DNA from: Patescibacteria group bacterium
GTDB taxonomy: Bacteria > Patescibacteriota > Minisyncoccia > Phycocordibacterales > Phycocordibacteraceae
NCBI GenBank assembly: GCA_040384725.1
Contig: JAZKIS010000004.1
Span: 1,256 to 65,255 of the forward strand
DNA length: 64,000 nt
Direction: 5' to 3'
In this document: piece after piece, positions 55,713 through 64,000 of the stretch
Layout of the letters: each line of letters starts with the position of its first letter
Numbering within the stretch: position 1 is the stretch's first letter
Notes under the pieces: generated by a model
Databases searched by the model: none
Told to the model about the DNA's origin: nothing
The model's input: only the letters and a program-made list of their open reading frames with translations
Position numbers and translations under genes: made by a program

Positions 55713-57773
55713 ATGGCAACGTTCAAGATGCACTCCCCGTTCCCGCCTGCTGGCGACCAGCCAAAGGCTATCGAGAAGCTCACCGAGGGCGTAGAGAAGG
55801 GCATGCGGCACCAGACACTTCTTGGTGTTACGGGTTCCGGCAAGACCTATACAATCGCGAACGTCATCCAGAACGTAGGGAAGCCGACGCTAGTTATGGC
55901 ACACAACAAGACGCTCGCCGCACAGCTCGCGCAGGAATATCGGGAGTTCTTTCCCGAGAATGCGGTGCATTACTTCGTTTCCTATTACGACTACTACCAG
56001 CCGGAGGCGTATATCGCGCACTCAGATACCTATATTGAGAAGGAGGCGCAGATTAATGCAGAGATAGACCGACTTCGTCATGCCGCGACCCAGGCGCTCC
56101 TTACCCGAAAGGACGTGATTATCGTTGCCTCGGTATCCGCCATCTATGGTCTCGGTTCCCCGGAGAACTATGAGAAGCGGCACGTAAAGCTTTTGGTTAA
56201 TGGGGAGGAGAATCGTGCAGCGCTCATTCGGAAACTCGTTGGCATCTACTTCGAACGTACGAACGCGGACCTCGAGCCAGGGAAGATTCGTGCCGTAGGG
56301 AATGCGATAGAGCTCATGCCAACCAACGAGCGCGTGGTCTACAGGATTCTATTTGATGGGGAGGTTGTCTCACGCATCGAGTGCCTCGATCCGGTCTCTC
56401 GGGCACTTACGGGAACTCCTGATTCCCTATTCGTCTTCCCTGCCAAGCACTTCGTTACGGATGAGGACGGAAGGAACCGAGCAATTGAGAGTATCAAGCT
56501 TGAACTCGACGAGAGGCTTGAGGTATTCAAACGCGAAGAGAAGGTGCTCGAGTATGAGCGCCTAAAGCGTCGCACGTTACATGACTTGGCACTTATCCGT
56601 GAGATTGGCTATACGTCCGGTATCGAGAATTATTCGCGCCACTTCGACGGACGGGCTCCCGGGGAAGCGGCACACACACTGCTTTCCTATTTCCCGCACA
56701 CCAAAGACGGGAAGCCAGACTTCCTCACGGTTATCGACGAGTCGCACGTAACCGTTACGCAGGTGGGCGGCATGTTCGCGGGAGATCGCAGTCGCAAGCA
56801 AATGCTCGTTGAGCATGGCTTCCGCCTTCCGTCGGCTTTCGATAACCGCCCCTTGAAGTTCGACGAGTTTGAAGAGCGCATCGGCCAGACCATCTATACC
56901 TCGGCGACCCCCGGAAAGTATGAGATCGAGCACAGCGTGCCGCCCGACGGACAGGTTGCAGAACAGATCATCCGTCCGACAGGTCTGGTTGATCCCGAGC
57001 TCACTGTCAAGTCGATCGTTGAGAGCGGAGACTATAAGGGACAGGTAGCGGATTTCATCGAGGAGGCAGAGATCGTTATCAAGCGTGGCGGACGTGCCTT
57101 AGCCACCACCCTAACCAAGCAGATGGCCGAGGACCTCTCCGAGTTCCTAAAGGAGCGCGGCATGAAAGCCGAGTACCTGCACTCGGACGTGAAGACCATA
57201 GACCGCATCGATATCCTTACGGCGTTCCGCAAGGGAACCTTTGATGTGCTGGTTGGCGTAAACCTTCTTCGCGAGGGTCTCGACCTTCCGGAAGTCGAGC
57301 TCGTGGGTATCCTTGATGCAGACAAGGAGGGATTCCTCCGTTCCGAGACGTCGCTCATCCAGACTATTGGACGCGCGGCGCGCAACGTACTCGGTACGGT
57401 TATTCTCTATGCCGACGTCATGACCGGCTCCATGGAGCGGGCTATCGGCGAGACGAATCGCCGACGTGCCATACAGGTCGCGCACAATGAGAAGCATGGC
57501 ATCACGCCTATAACGATCAAGAAGGAGATCCGTGATATCGCGGAGAGCATGCGTACCGAGCATCAGAAGACGGTGGTCGGGCTTCTTGAGCTCGATGCGA
57601 AGCTCTACGAGGAGGATCCGACCGCATTCATGAAGCAGAAGCGCCTCCAGATGAGCGAGGCGGTCGAAGCGCTCGATTTCGAGACTGCTGCCATTCTTAG
57701 AGACGAGATTTATGCGCTCGAAGGCAGAGATGTGAAAGAGAAGAAGCCTGCTACTAAGAAGCGTCGCCGCTAG
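55713..57773 (+). CDS. uvrB: excinuclease ABC subunit B
   Basis: 686 aa; helicase motifs (GVTGSGKT, DESH), beta-hairpin region and a C-terminal UvrC-interaction coiled coil. Confidence 0.92.
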   Translation: MATFKMHSPFPPAGDQPKAIEKLTEGVEKGMRHQTLLGVTGSGKTYTIANVIQNVGKPTLVMAHNKTLAAQLAQEYREFFPENAVHYFVSYYDYYQPEAYIAHSDTYIEKEAQINAEIDRLRHAATQALLTRKDVIIVASVSAIYGLGSPENYEKRHVKLLVNGEENRAALIRKLVGIYFERTNADLEPGKIRAVGNAIELMPTNERVVYRILFDGEVVSRIECLDPVSRALTGTPDSLFVFPAKHFVTDEDGRNRAIESIKLELDERLEVFKREEKVLEYERLKRRTLHDLALIREIGYTSGIENYSRHFDGRAPGEAAHTLLSYFPHTKDGKPDFLTVIDESHVTVTQVGGMFAGDRSRKQMLVEHGFRLPSAFDNRPLKFDEFEERIGQTIYTSATPGKYEIEHSVPPDGQVAEQIIRPTGLVDPELTVKSIVESGDYKGQVADFIEEAEIVIKRGGRALATTLTKQMAEDLSEFLKERGMKAEYLHSDVKTIDRIDILTAFRKGTFDVLVGVNLLREGLDLPEVELVGILDADKEGFLRSETSLIQTIGRAARNVLGTVILYADVMTGSMERAIGETNRRRAIQVAHNEKHGITPITIKKEIRDIAESMRTEHQKTVVGLLELDAKLYEEDPTAFMKQKRLQMSEAVEALDFETAAILRDEIYALEGRDVKEKKPATKKRRR

Positions 57774-57790
57774 CGTGCTACGATTTACCC

Positions 57791-58876
57791 ATGTCGATTA
57801 AGCAGTTCATTGCCGCGATTCTCTCGGGAGTATTCGCGGTTTCGCTTGCCTGCATCGGCGTAGCGGCGCTCTTCCTCGAGGATACTATCGGTCCGCTCCT
57901 GGTCGGTATCGAAGAGAATCAGGCGCTTGCGACGCTTGTTCTCGAGACGTCACTGACGTCGTTCTTCCTCGTTATCCTCCTCGTCTCTCTTTTGTTCTAT
58001 GCGCTTGGCAAGTACATAGCGCTCCCGATACGCATGGTAACTAACGCCATGCAGTCCTTCGCGAAGACCGGAGAGAAGCCGGGCCCGCTTACGCTCGGCT
58101 GGGCGCCGCGCGAGGTGCGAAGCCTCGCTGAAGAGTTCACTAAATTTACCCAGAGCGTGGACGAGGTCCATAAGCACGATACGGAGATATCGCGCGTGAA
58201 GTCCGACTTCATCTCAACCGCAGCGCATCAGCTCCGTACGCCCCTCACCGGCATTCGCTGGGCTCTCGAAGCGCTCCAGATGGAGCAGCTTACCGAGAGC
58301 CAGAAATCGCTCGTTGCGAGCGCCGTAGAGAAGAGCCATCAGCTCGTGGCGGTTGTCGGCACACTGCTTGATATCTCGAGCATCGAATCAGGAAAGTATA
58401 AGTACGACCTCAAGCATACAGAGCTTGATCAGATTGTCGGGGACGTAACGCGCGATTTCGAGCCGCTCGCTGTTACATCGAGCGTGTCGCTCTTGTTTGA
58501 GAAGAGCGGAAAGGAGAGCGCGAAGGTTTCTGTTGACCGGGAGCGCATACGCTGGGTGCTCAACAATCTTATCGAGAACGCGATTCGCTACACGCCGGCA
58601 GGCGGATCGGTTCGTGTCACTACCGAGCTCGCGCCAGGCCGTGCGTATGTGAAGGTCCGCGATACGGGCATTGGCATCGCCCAAGAGGACAAAGGGAACA
58701 TCTTTGAGCGTTTCTATCGGGCTCCGAATGCCATAGTTAAGGAGAACGGCGGTAACGGACTCGGGCTCTATATTGCGCGTACTATCGCTACCGATCACGG
58801 GGGAGACCTTAATTTCGAGACCAATCAGGGCGGTCCCGGGACCACCTTCACCCTCTCCTTGCCCCTTGCAGGGTAG
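57791..58876 (+). CDS. sensor histidine kinase
   Basis: Two TM helices; HisKA H-box (STAAHQLRTPL) and HATPase (N, G1, G2 boxes). Confidence 0.85.
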   Translation: MSIKQFIAAILSGVFAVSLACIGVAALFLEDTIGPLLVGIEENQALATLVLETSLTSFFLVILLVSLLFYALGKYIALPIRMVTNAMQSFAKTGEKPGPLTLGWAPREVRSLAEEFTKFTQSVDEVHKHDTEISRVKSDFISTAAHQLRTPLTGIRWALEALQMEQLTESQKSLVASAVEKSHQLVAVVGTLLDISSIESGKYKYDLKHTELDQIVGDVTRDFEPLAVTSSVSLLFEKSGKESAKVSVDRERIRWVLNNLIENAIRYTPAGGSVRVTTELAPGRAYVKVRDTGIGIAQEDKGNIFERFYRAPNAIVKENGGNGLGLYIARTIATDHGGDLNFETNQGGPGTTFTLSLPLAG

Positions 58877-58902
58877 ATGAAGACGGGTGATATACTTTCC
58901 GC

Positions 58903-59280
58903 ATGTCTGACACCAAATTCATCCTCGTCGTCGAGGACGACCCAATCCTTAAGAACCTGCTCGGCCACACCTTAGCCGGGAAATATCAGACGCTGTATGC
59001 GTCAGATGGGAACGAGGCGCTCGCGCTTCTCGAGGCGAATAAGCCGGTGCTCGTGCTTCTCGATCTCATGCTCCCGACCATGGACGGGTTTGCGGTGCTG
59101 CAGTCCATTCGCGCCCGCACTGACGAGCTCAAGACGGTGCCGATTATCGTCGTCTCGAACCTGGGCGCCCAGGCGGATATCGAGAAGGCGAAGACGCTCG
59201 GCGCCAACGACTACCTCATCAAGGCCGAGGTAGCGGTAGAGGAGATCGTCGCGAAGATCGAAGGGATGCTCGCCGCGTAG
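58903..59280 (+). CDS. single-domain response regulator (REC only)
   Basis: 125 aa; ILVVEDD...[10 protein letters not shown]...SNLG...K receiver motifs. Confidence 0.85.
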   Translation: MSDTKFILVVEDDPILKNLLGHTLAGKYQTLYASDGNEALALLEANKPVLVLLDLMLPTMDGFAVLQSIRARTDELKTVPIIVVSNLGAQADIEKAKTLGANDYLIKAEVAVEEIVAKIEGMLAA

Positions 59281-59354
59281 GCTTCATCGTTCCTTCCTCC
59301 TTTGTGCTATATTCATAGGGTACCTGCCCCGTCACGGGCAGGGCATTTACGTAC

Positions 59355-62018
59355 ATGGCCAAGGCAAAGAAGCACGAACAGCACATCGGCGAGGACTGGA
59401 TCCGCGTGAAGGGTGCGCGTACCCATAACCTGAAGAACCTCTCCACCGAGTTTCCGCGGGGAGCGATGACGGTGGTTACCGGTCTCTCAGGCTCCGGAAA
59501 GTCTTCGTTCGCGTTCGATACCATATTCGCCGAAGGGCAGCGCCGCTACGTGGAGTCCCTTTCCGCGTACGCCCGCCAGTTCTTGAACCAGATGCAGAAG
59601 CCGGACGTGGATGAGATCACGGGCCTCGCGCCGGCAATTTCCATAGACCAGAAGTCCCGTTCGAATAACCCGCGCTCAACCGTCGCGACCGTTACGGAGA
59701 TCTACGATTATCTGCGCGTGCTGTATGCCCGTGCCGGCCAGCCGTACTGCGTGCATCACGACGTACCGATCGAGAAGCTCTCGAAGGAGGAGATGATCCG
59801 CATGGTGCAGGGCAACATCAAGAAGCGGTCTGACGCGCGCACGAAGGAAGAGGTTATGGGCGTCGCGGTCGATAAGACGGCGATCACGGTCTACGCACCG
59901 GTTGTGGTCGGCCGCAAGGGCGAGTACTACCAGCTCCTCTACGATCTCCTCGGCAAGGGATATGAGAAGGTGCTCATCGACGGCCAGCCGCACGCGCTTC
60001 GCGAGAAAGTGGTGCTCGACCGTAACAAGCGGCACGATATCGACGCCATCGTCGACTCGATCTACGTCTCCGAGTTCGATCGGAACCCGGACGCCGCTCG
60101 TGAGCGCCTCTCAGAGGCCCTAGAACTGGCTCTCAAGGAGAGCGACGGCCTGGTTAAGCTCAAGCATGCCGACGGCTCCCTGGAGACGCTCTCAGCCCGG
60201 TTTATCTGTCCGGTGGACGGGATGTCGTTCCCGGAAGTCGAGCCACGACTCTTCTCGTTCAACAGCCCGTACGGCGCCTGCTCGAACTGTAACGGTCTCG
60301 GTACCAAATCTCTGTTCTCTGACGAGAAGTGCCCGGTCTGCGAAGGAAAGCGACTTCGTCCTGAGTCTCTTCGCGTCTATCTTTCAACAAAGAAGAAGAT
60401 GGCATCGAATCCGGACGAGCTCACGGACGTCGGTACCAACATCGTCGACTTCGTGGGCATGTCGATCCGGGAAGCGAAGGAATTCATGGATACGCTCGTG
60501 CTTTCTGAGATGAAGGCAGAGATCGCGTACCCGATACTCCGCGAGATCACCGCGCGTCTCGATTTCATGCTGAACGTGGGCCTCGACTACCTCACGCTTA
60601 ATCGCTCTGCCGCAACACTCTCGGGCGGCGAGGCGCAGCGTATTCGCCTCGCAAGCCAGCTCGGTACAGGACTCGTAGGAGCGCTCTACGTGCTCGACGA
60701 GCCGACGATCGGCCTCCACCAACGCGACAATGACCGCCTCATAAAGACGCTTTTGAAATTGAAGGAGCTCGGCAATACGATTCTCGTGGTTGAGCACGAC
60801 GAGGATACGATCTACGCATCCGATTACATCCTCGACATCGGTCCGGGTGCTGGGGTGCATGGCGGCACCATCGTTGCCGAAGGATGGCTCGACGACTTGC
60901 TAACTGCTCCGAAGAACGAGAGCGGCTCGTCGACGCTTTCATACCTACGTGAGGAGACTCGGATCGAGCTGCCTGAGGCGCGTCGTTCTGGCGAGAAGGG
61001 ATCGATCAAGATAAAGGGAGCGACGCTCCATAACATCAAGAATCAGAACGTCGAGGTGCCGCTCGGGAAGCTCGTCTGTATCACGGGCGTCTCAGGTTCC
61101 GGAAAGTCTACGTTCCTCTACGACATCCTTCACAAGAACGTCGCTGCGCGCTTCAGCCGCAAACAAGCGGAAGTCGAGCATGCGGCGAGCATCACGGGTA
61201 CCGAGTATCTCGGCCGTGTCGTGCTTATCGACCAGTCCGCTATCGGGCGCACTCCGCGCTCGAACCCGGCTACGTATACCGGTGCGTTCACGCATATCCG
61301 CGATCTGTTCGCGGCATCGAGCGAAGCGCGTGCACGCGGCTGGAAGCCGGGACGATTCTCGTTCAACGTTGCGGGCGGACGCTGCGAGGCCTGCCAAGGC
61401 AACGGCATGATCGCGGTTGAGATGCATTTCCTACCAACGGTGTATGTTACGTGCGACGTGTGCAACGGAACGCGCTACATGAAGGAGACGCTCGAGGTTA
61501 CGTATCGCGGGAAGAATATCTACGACGTGCTCCAGATGACCATTGAGGAAGCGGAGGCCTTCTTCAAGGACATTCCTTCTATCAATGATCGCCTCGAGAC
61601 GCTTAACTCTACGGGTCTCCAGTACCTCACGCTCGGCCAGAGCGCGACGACACTGTCTGGCGGCGAAGCGCAGCGCGTGAAGATATCGAGCGAGCTCTAT
61701 CGTCCTATCACGATGAAGACACTGTATCTTCTCGACGAGCCCACCGTGGGACTCCATTACGAGGACGTCAGGAAGCTTATCGATATCCTCCAGGAACTGG
61801 TGCGTCGTGGGAACACGGTCGTGGTTATCGAGCATAACCTCGATGTGATCAAGTCTGCGGACCATATCATCGACTTCGGTCCTGAAGGCGGCACGGGTGG
61901 CGGCAAGATAATCGCGAAGGGAACGCCCGAGGAGGTCGCGGAGGTAGAAGGTTCGCACACGGGCGAGTACCTCGCGAAACTTCTGAAGAAGCACAAGAAA
62001 CCGGTAAAGAAGGGATAG
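59355..62018 (+). CDS. uvrA: excinuclease ABC subunit A
   Basis: 887 aa; two ABC modules (GLSGSGKSS; GVSGSGKST), zinc fingers and LSGGE signatures. Confidence 0.92.
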   Translation: MAKAKKHEQHIGEDWIRVKGARTHNLKNLSTEFPRGAMTVVTGLSGSGKSSFAFDTIFAEGQRRYVESLSAYARQFLNQMQKPDVDEITGLAPAISIDQKSRSNNPRSTVATVTEIYDYLRVLYARAGQPYCVHHDVPIEKLSKEEMIRMVQGNIKKRSDARTKEEVMGVAVDKTAITVYAPVVVGRKGEYYQLLYDLLGKGYEKVLIDGQPHALREKVVLDRNKRHDIDAIVDSIYVSEFDRNPDAARERLSEALELALKESDGLVKLKHADGSLETLSARFICPVDGMSFPEVEPRLFSFNSPYGACSNCNGLGTKSLFSDEKCPVCEGKRLRPESLRVYLSTKKKMASNPDELTDVGTNIVDFVGMSIREAKEFMDTLVLSEMKAEIAYPILREITARLDFMLNVGLDYLTLNRSAATLSGGEAQRIRLASQLGTGLVGALYVLDEPTIGLHQRDNDRLIKTLLKLKELGNTILVVEHDEDTIYASDYILDIGPGAGVHGGTIVAEGWLDDLLTAPKNESGSSTLSYLREETRIELPEARRSGEKGSIKIKGATLHNIKNQNVEVPLGKLVCITGVSGSGKSTFLYDILHKNVAARFSRKQAEVEHAASITGTEYLGRVVLIDQSAIGRTPRSNPATYTGAFTHIRDLFAASSEARARGWKPGRFSFNVAGGRCEACQGNGMIAVEMHFLPTVYVTCDVCNGTRYMKETLEVTYRGKNIYDVLQMTIEEAEAFFKDIPSINDRLETLNSTGLQYLTLGQSATTLSGGEAQRVKISSELYRPITMKTLYLLDEPTVGLHYEDVRKLIDILQELVRRGNTVVVIEHNLDVIKSADHIIDFGPEGGTGGGKIIAKGTPEEVAEVEGSHTGEYLAKLLKKHKKPVKKG

Positions 62019-62068
62019 GCGAGCGTGCTAGTCTTAGACTTTAGAGCACAATTCTTTGGGAGGGTAAC

Positions 62069-62404
62069 GTGCGCCAGACGATTACACGGTACGAATTCGA
62101 CCTACTCGATTGCGTGTACATTCAGGCTTGCGAACGTCATCGCGCCAGGCTACTCGAAACGATCCGAGGCTATTTCTTCGAGAATCGTGAGCACGGCTTC
62201 GGTGACTGGAAACCTGAATCAAACGATGAGGAGCTGTTCCTCTACGCGTATGCGAAATATACGCTGTCGTCAGCTTCGGCACCGCTGACTATTGCGCGTG
62301 CACGTGACGATTGGGAGATGTGGAAGTATCGCCGCAAGATCCCGGACTACCTCTGTTCCTACTATCGCAATGCCCTGTGGCAACGAATCGAGATCGCTGC
62401 CTAG
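62069..62404 (+). CDS. hypothetical protein embedded in uvr cluster
   Basis: 111 aa; GTG start with GGGAGG Shine-Dalgarno 5 nt upstream; Trp/Tyr-rich with no known domain. Confidence 0.5.
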   Translation: MRQTITRYEFDLLDCVYIQACERHRARLLETIRGYFFENREHGFGDWKPESNDEELFLYAYAKYTLSSASAPLTIARARDDWEMWKYRRKIPDYLCSYYRNALWQRIEIAA

Positions 62405-62407
62405 ATC

Positions 62408-62431
62408 AGGCCCGCTTCGGCGGGCCTTTTC
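62408..62431 (+). terminator. rho-independent terminator
   Basis: ggcccgc ttcg gcgggcc tttt. Confidence 0.65.
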
Positions 62432-62462
62432 CAATAGCTAGGTTAGCCGGTAGGATAGCGCT

Positions 62463-63719
62463 ATGGAACGAGCAGATCTCACACGGTTCGAGCTCCCGGA
62501 TTGCCCGGGCGTCTATCTCTTTACGCAAGGGAAGGGTCGCTCGAAGAAGATTCTCTATATTGGGAAAGCAACGTCGCTCCGCGATAGGGTGCGTTCGTAT
62601 TTTGATATCGAACTCATTGCGACGCGTGGTCCCCGCATTGTGGACATGGTTACGAAGGCGGATAGCGTCTCGTACGAAGCGACACCGACGGTGCTTGAGG
62701 CACTGGTGCGCGAGGCAGCACTCATCCGCGAGCACCTGCCTCCCGCGAACTCTATGGGCAAGGACGATAAGACCTTCCTGTATGCCGTCATTACGGACGA
62801 GGAGATACCGCGCGTCCTTGCCGTGCGTGGTGCTGAGCTCGACATGAAAGCCAAGAAGGTGATCATGACGGGCCTCAAGCTCAAGGCGATACACGGCCCG
62901 TTTCCCTCAGGGTATCAGCTTCGCGAAGGGTTGAAGCTCATACGGCGTATCTTCCCTTTCTATGACACCCAGAAGCCAGTTGGCGAAGGGAATAAGCACC
63001 TACAGGCGAAGGTAGAGTTCAATCGACAAATCGGGCATTACCCGAAGGACATGACCCGTTCTGCGTACATGCGCTCGATCAGAAACGTCTCCTTGTTCCT
63101 CTCCGGACGCGTGAAGGCGCTCCGTGCGCAGCTCATGCGCGATATGAAGGCATTCGCCAAGGAAGAGCGTTTCGAGGAAGCAGGACAAGCGCGCAAGCAG
63201 CTGTTCGCGCTCGACCACATCCAAGACGTAGCTCTTATCAAAGAAGACCGAGGAGACGATCAGGGTCCGCGCATCGAAGCGTATGACACGGCGCATATCT
63301 CAGGAACGAATGCGATCGGCGTTATGACGGTTGTAGAGAACGGTATGCCCGTTAAGAAGGACTACCGGACCTTCAAGATCCAGGGCCGAGGCGGGAAGTC
63401 CTTGAACGACGATATCGCCTCTCTGAAAGAGATCCTCTCTCGCAGGCTCGGGCACCCGGAGTGGCCGCTACCGAAAGCGTTCGTGGTTGATGGGGGAAAG
63501 ACCCATAAGAAAGCCGCAGAAGACGTGCTGAAGGAAGTGGGTATAGGGCTCCCGGTGGTTGCGGTTGTGAAAGACGAGAAGCATCGGCCGCGCGAGGTGC
63601 TCGGCGGGCTCCGAGCAGGAGTGTCTGACGCTGATGCCGTACTCGTGAACAGCGAGGCGCATCGCTTTGCCCTTTCGAACCATAGGAAAGCACGTACGCG
63701 GGCGATGCGTAAAATCTAA
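62463..63719 (+). CDS. uvrC: excinuclease ABC subunit C (short form lacking C-terminal HhH)
   Basis: GIY-YIG N-terminus (PGVYLF...KILYIGKATSLRDRV), UvrBC-like middle region and RNase H-like endonuclease domain (AYDTAHISGT); 418 aa. Confidence 0.85.
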   Translation: MERADLTRFELPDCPGVYLFTQGKGRSKKILYIGKATSLRDRVRSYFDIELIATRGPRIVDMVTKADSVSYEATPTVLEALVREAALIREHLPPANSMGKDDKTFLYAVITDEEIPRVLAVRGAELDMKAKKVIMTGLKLKAIHGPFPSGYQLREGLKLIRRIFPFYDTQKPVGEGNKHLQAKVEFNRQIGHYPKDMTRSAYMRSIRNVSLFLSGRVKALRAQLMRDMKAFAKEERFEEAGQARKQLFALDHIQDVALIKEDRGDDQGPRIEAYDTAHISGTNAIGVMTVVENGMPVKKDYRTFKIQGRGGKSLNDDIASLKEILSRRLGHPEWPLPKAFVVDGGKTHKKAAEDVLKEVGIGLPVVAVVKDEKHRPREVLGGLRAGVSDADAVLVNSEAHRFALSNHRKARTRAMRKI

Positions 63720-63755
63720 CGCTCTCCCGTATCGGTGCTGGTATACTCATGCTAT

Positions 63756-64000
63756 ATGAGAGGCACCGTTGTCGGCGTATTGCGGGGAGGTCCGTCAAAA
63801 GAGCACGAAGTCTCGCTCAAGACGGGTCATGCGATCATCACGAACCTGCCTGAGGATCGGTATACCACCCGTGATATCTACATAGACAAGGAAGGAGCGT
63901 GGCACGAGCGCGGACGTCCTACGACGCCTGACCGTGTGCTGCCTTCTGTTGATGCGGTTGTTATCGGTCTGCACGGGGAATACGGAGAGGACGGGGAAGT
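63756..64000 (+). CDS. ddl: D-alanine--D-alanine ligase, N-terminal part (runs off window)
   Basis: VVGVLRGGPSKEHEVSLKTGHAI...VVIGLHGEYGEDG is the Ddl N-domain pattern; TATACT 10 nt upstream. Confidence 0.75.
   Translation, partial: MRGTVVGVLRGGPSKEHEVSLKTGHAIITNLPEDRYTTRDIYIDKEGAWHERGRPTTPDRVLPSVDAVVIGLHGEYGEDGE

Noticed and set aside
1-64000. CRISPR arrays, rRNA genes, integrases, transposases and IS elements.
   Set aside because: No regularly spaced direct repeats, no rRNA-like conserved stretches, and no ORF with integrase or transposase signature motifs (R-H-R-Y, DDE) were recognised.

Overview
This 64 kb window reads as a chromosomal segment from a GC-rich bacterium (about 60% GC, estimated by eye) with reduced-length core proteins: IF-2 is 494 aa, DnaX 343 aa, UvrC 418 aa, and DprA is Rossmann-domain only. 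Many start codons are preceded by a -10-like hexamer (TATACT, TACAAT or TAGGAT) 3-12 nt upstream, with no Shine-Dalgarno, so leaderless or short-leader translation looks common. This is compatible with a reduced-genome lineage such as CPR/Patescibacteria, but that is inference only.

Core genes identified: rbfA-infB (with no nusA upstream), a class V cysteine desulfurase, clpB-rpmG, miaA, a peroxiredoxin, parB, rel, topA, an EEP-family nuclease, dprA, serS, an ftsQ-like gene, a NUDIX hydrolase, a dus gene, dnaX, purC and tgt. uvrB, uvrA and uvrC sit in a single locus interleaved with a two-component system, and the window ends in a partial ddl.

Five tRNAs are present: Leu-UAA (cut by the window edge), Trp-CCA, Leu-CAA, Gln-UUG, and no others.

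The accessory content is as follows.
- A roughly 4 kb AT-richer islet abuts the 3' end of tRNA-Trp. It carries a J-domain protein and hypothetical genes with canonical sigma70 promoters.
- On the 5' side of tRNA-Trp sits a paralogous pair of proteins with a shared VirB2/TrbC-like pilin N-terminal module. One is fused to a lytic-transglycosylase-like domain, the other to an M15-peptidase-like domain.
- A tRNA-Gln-linked AT-rich islet holds small cassette-like genes (DUF2200-like, SAM methyltransferase, GNAT, PNPOx-like). Their junctions carry three copies of a 22-nt repeat.
- An orphan VirD4/TraG-like ATPase is followed by an 845-aa membrane, low-complexity protein.
- A histone-H1-like lysine-rich protein lies next to an ECF sigma factor with a putative anti-sigma partner.

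No CRISPR array, integrase, transposase or rRNA was seen. Most ORFs in the six-frame track that overlap these genes on the opposite strand are high-GC artefacts.
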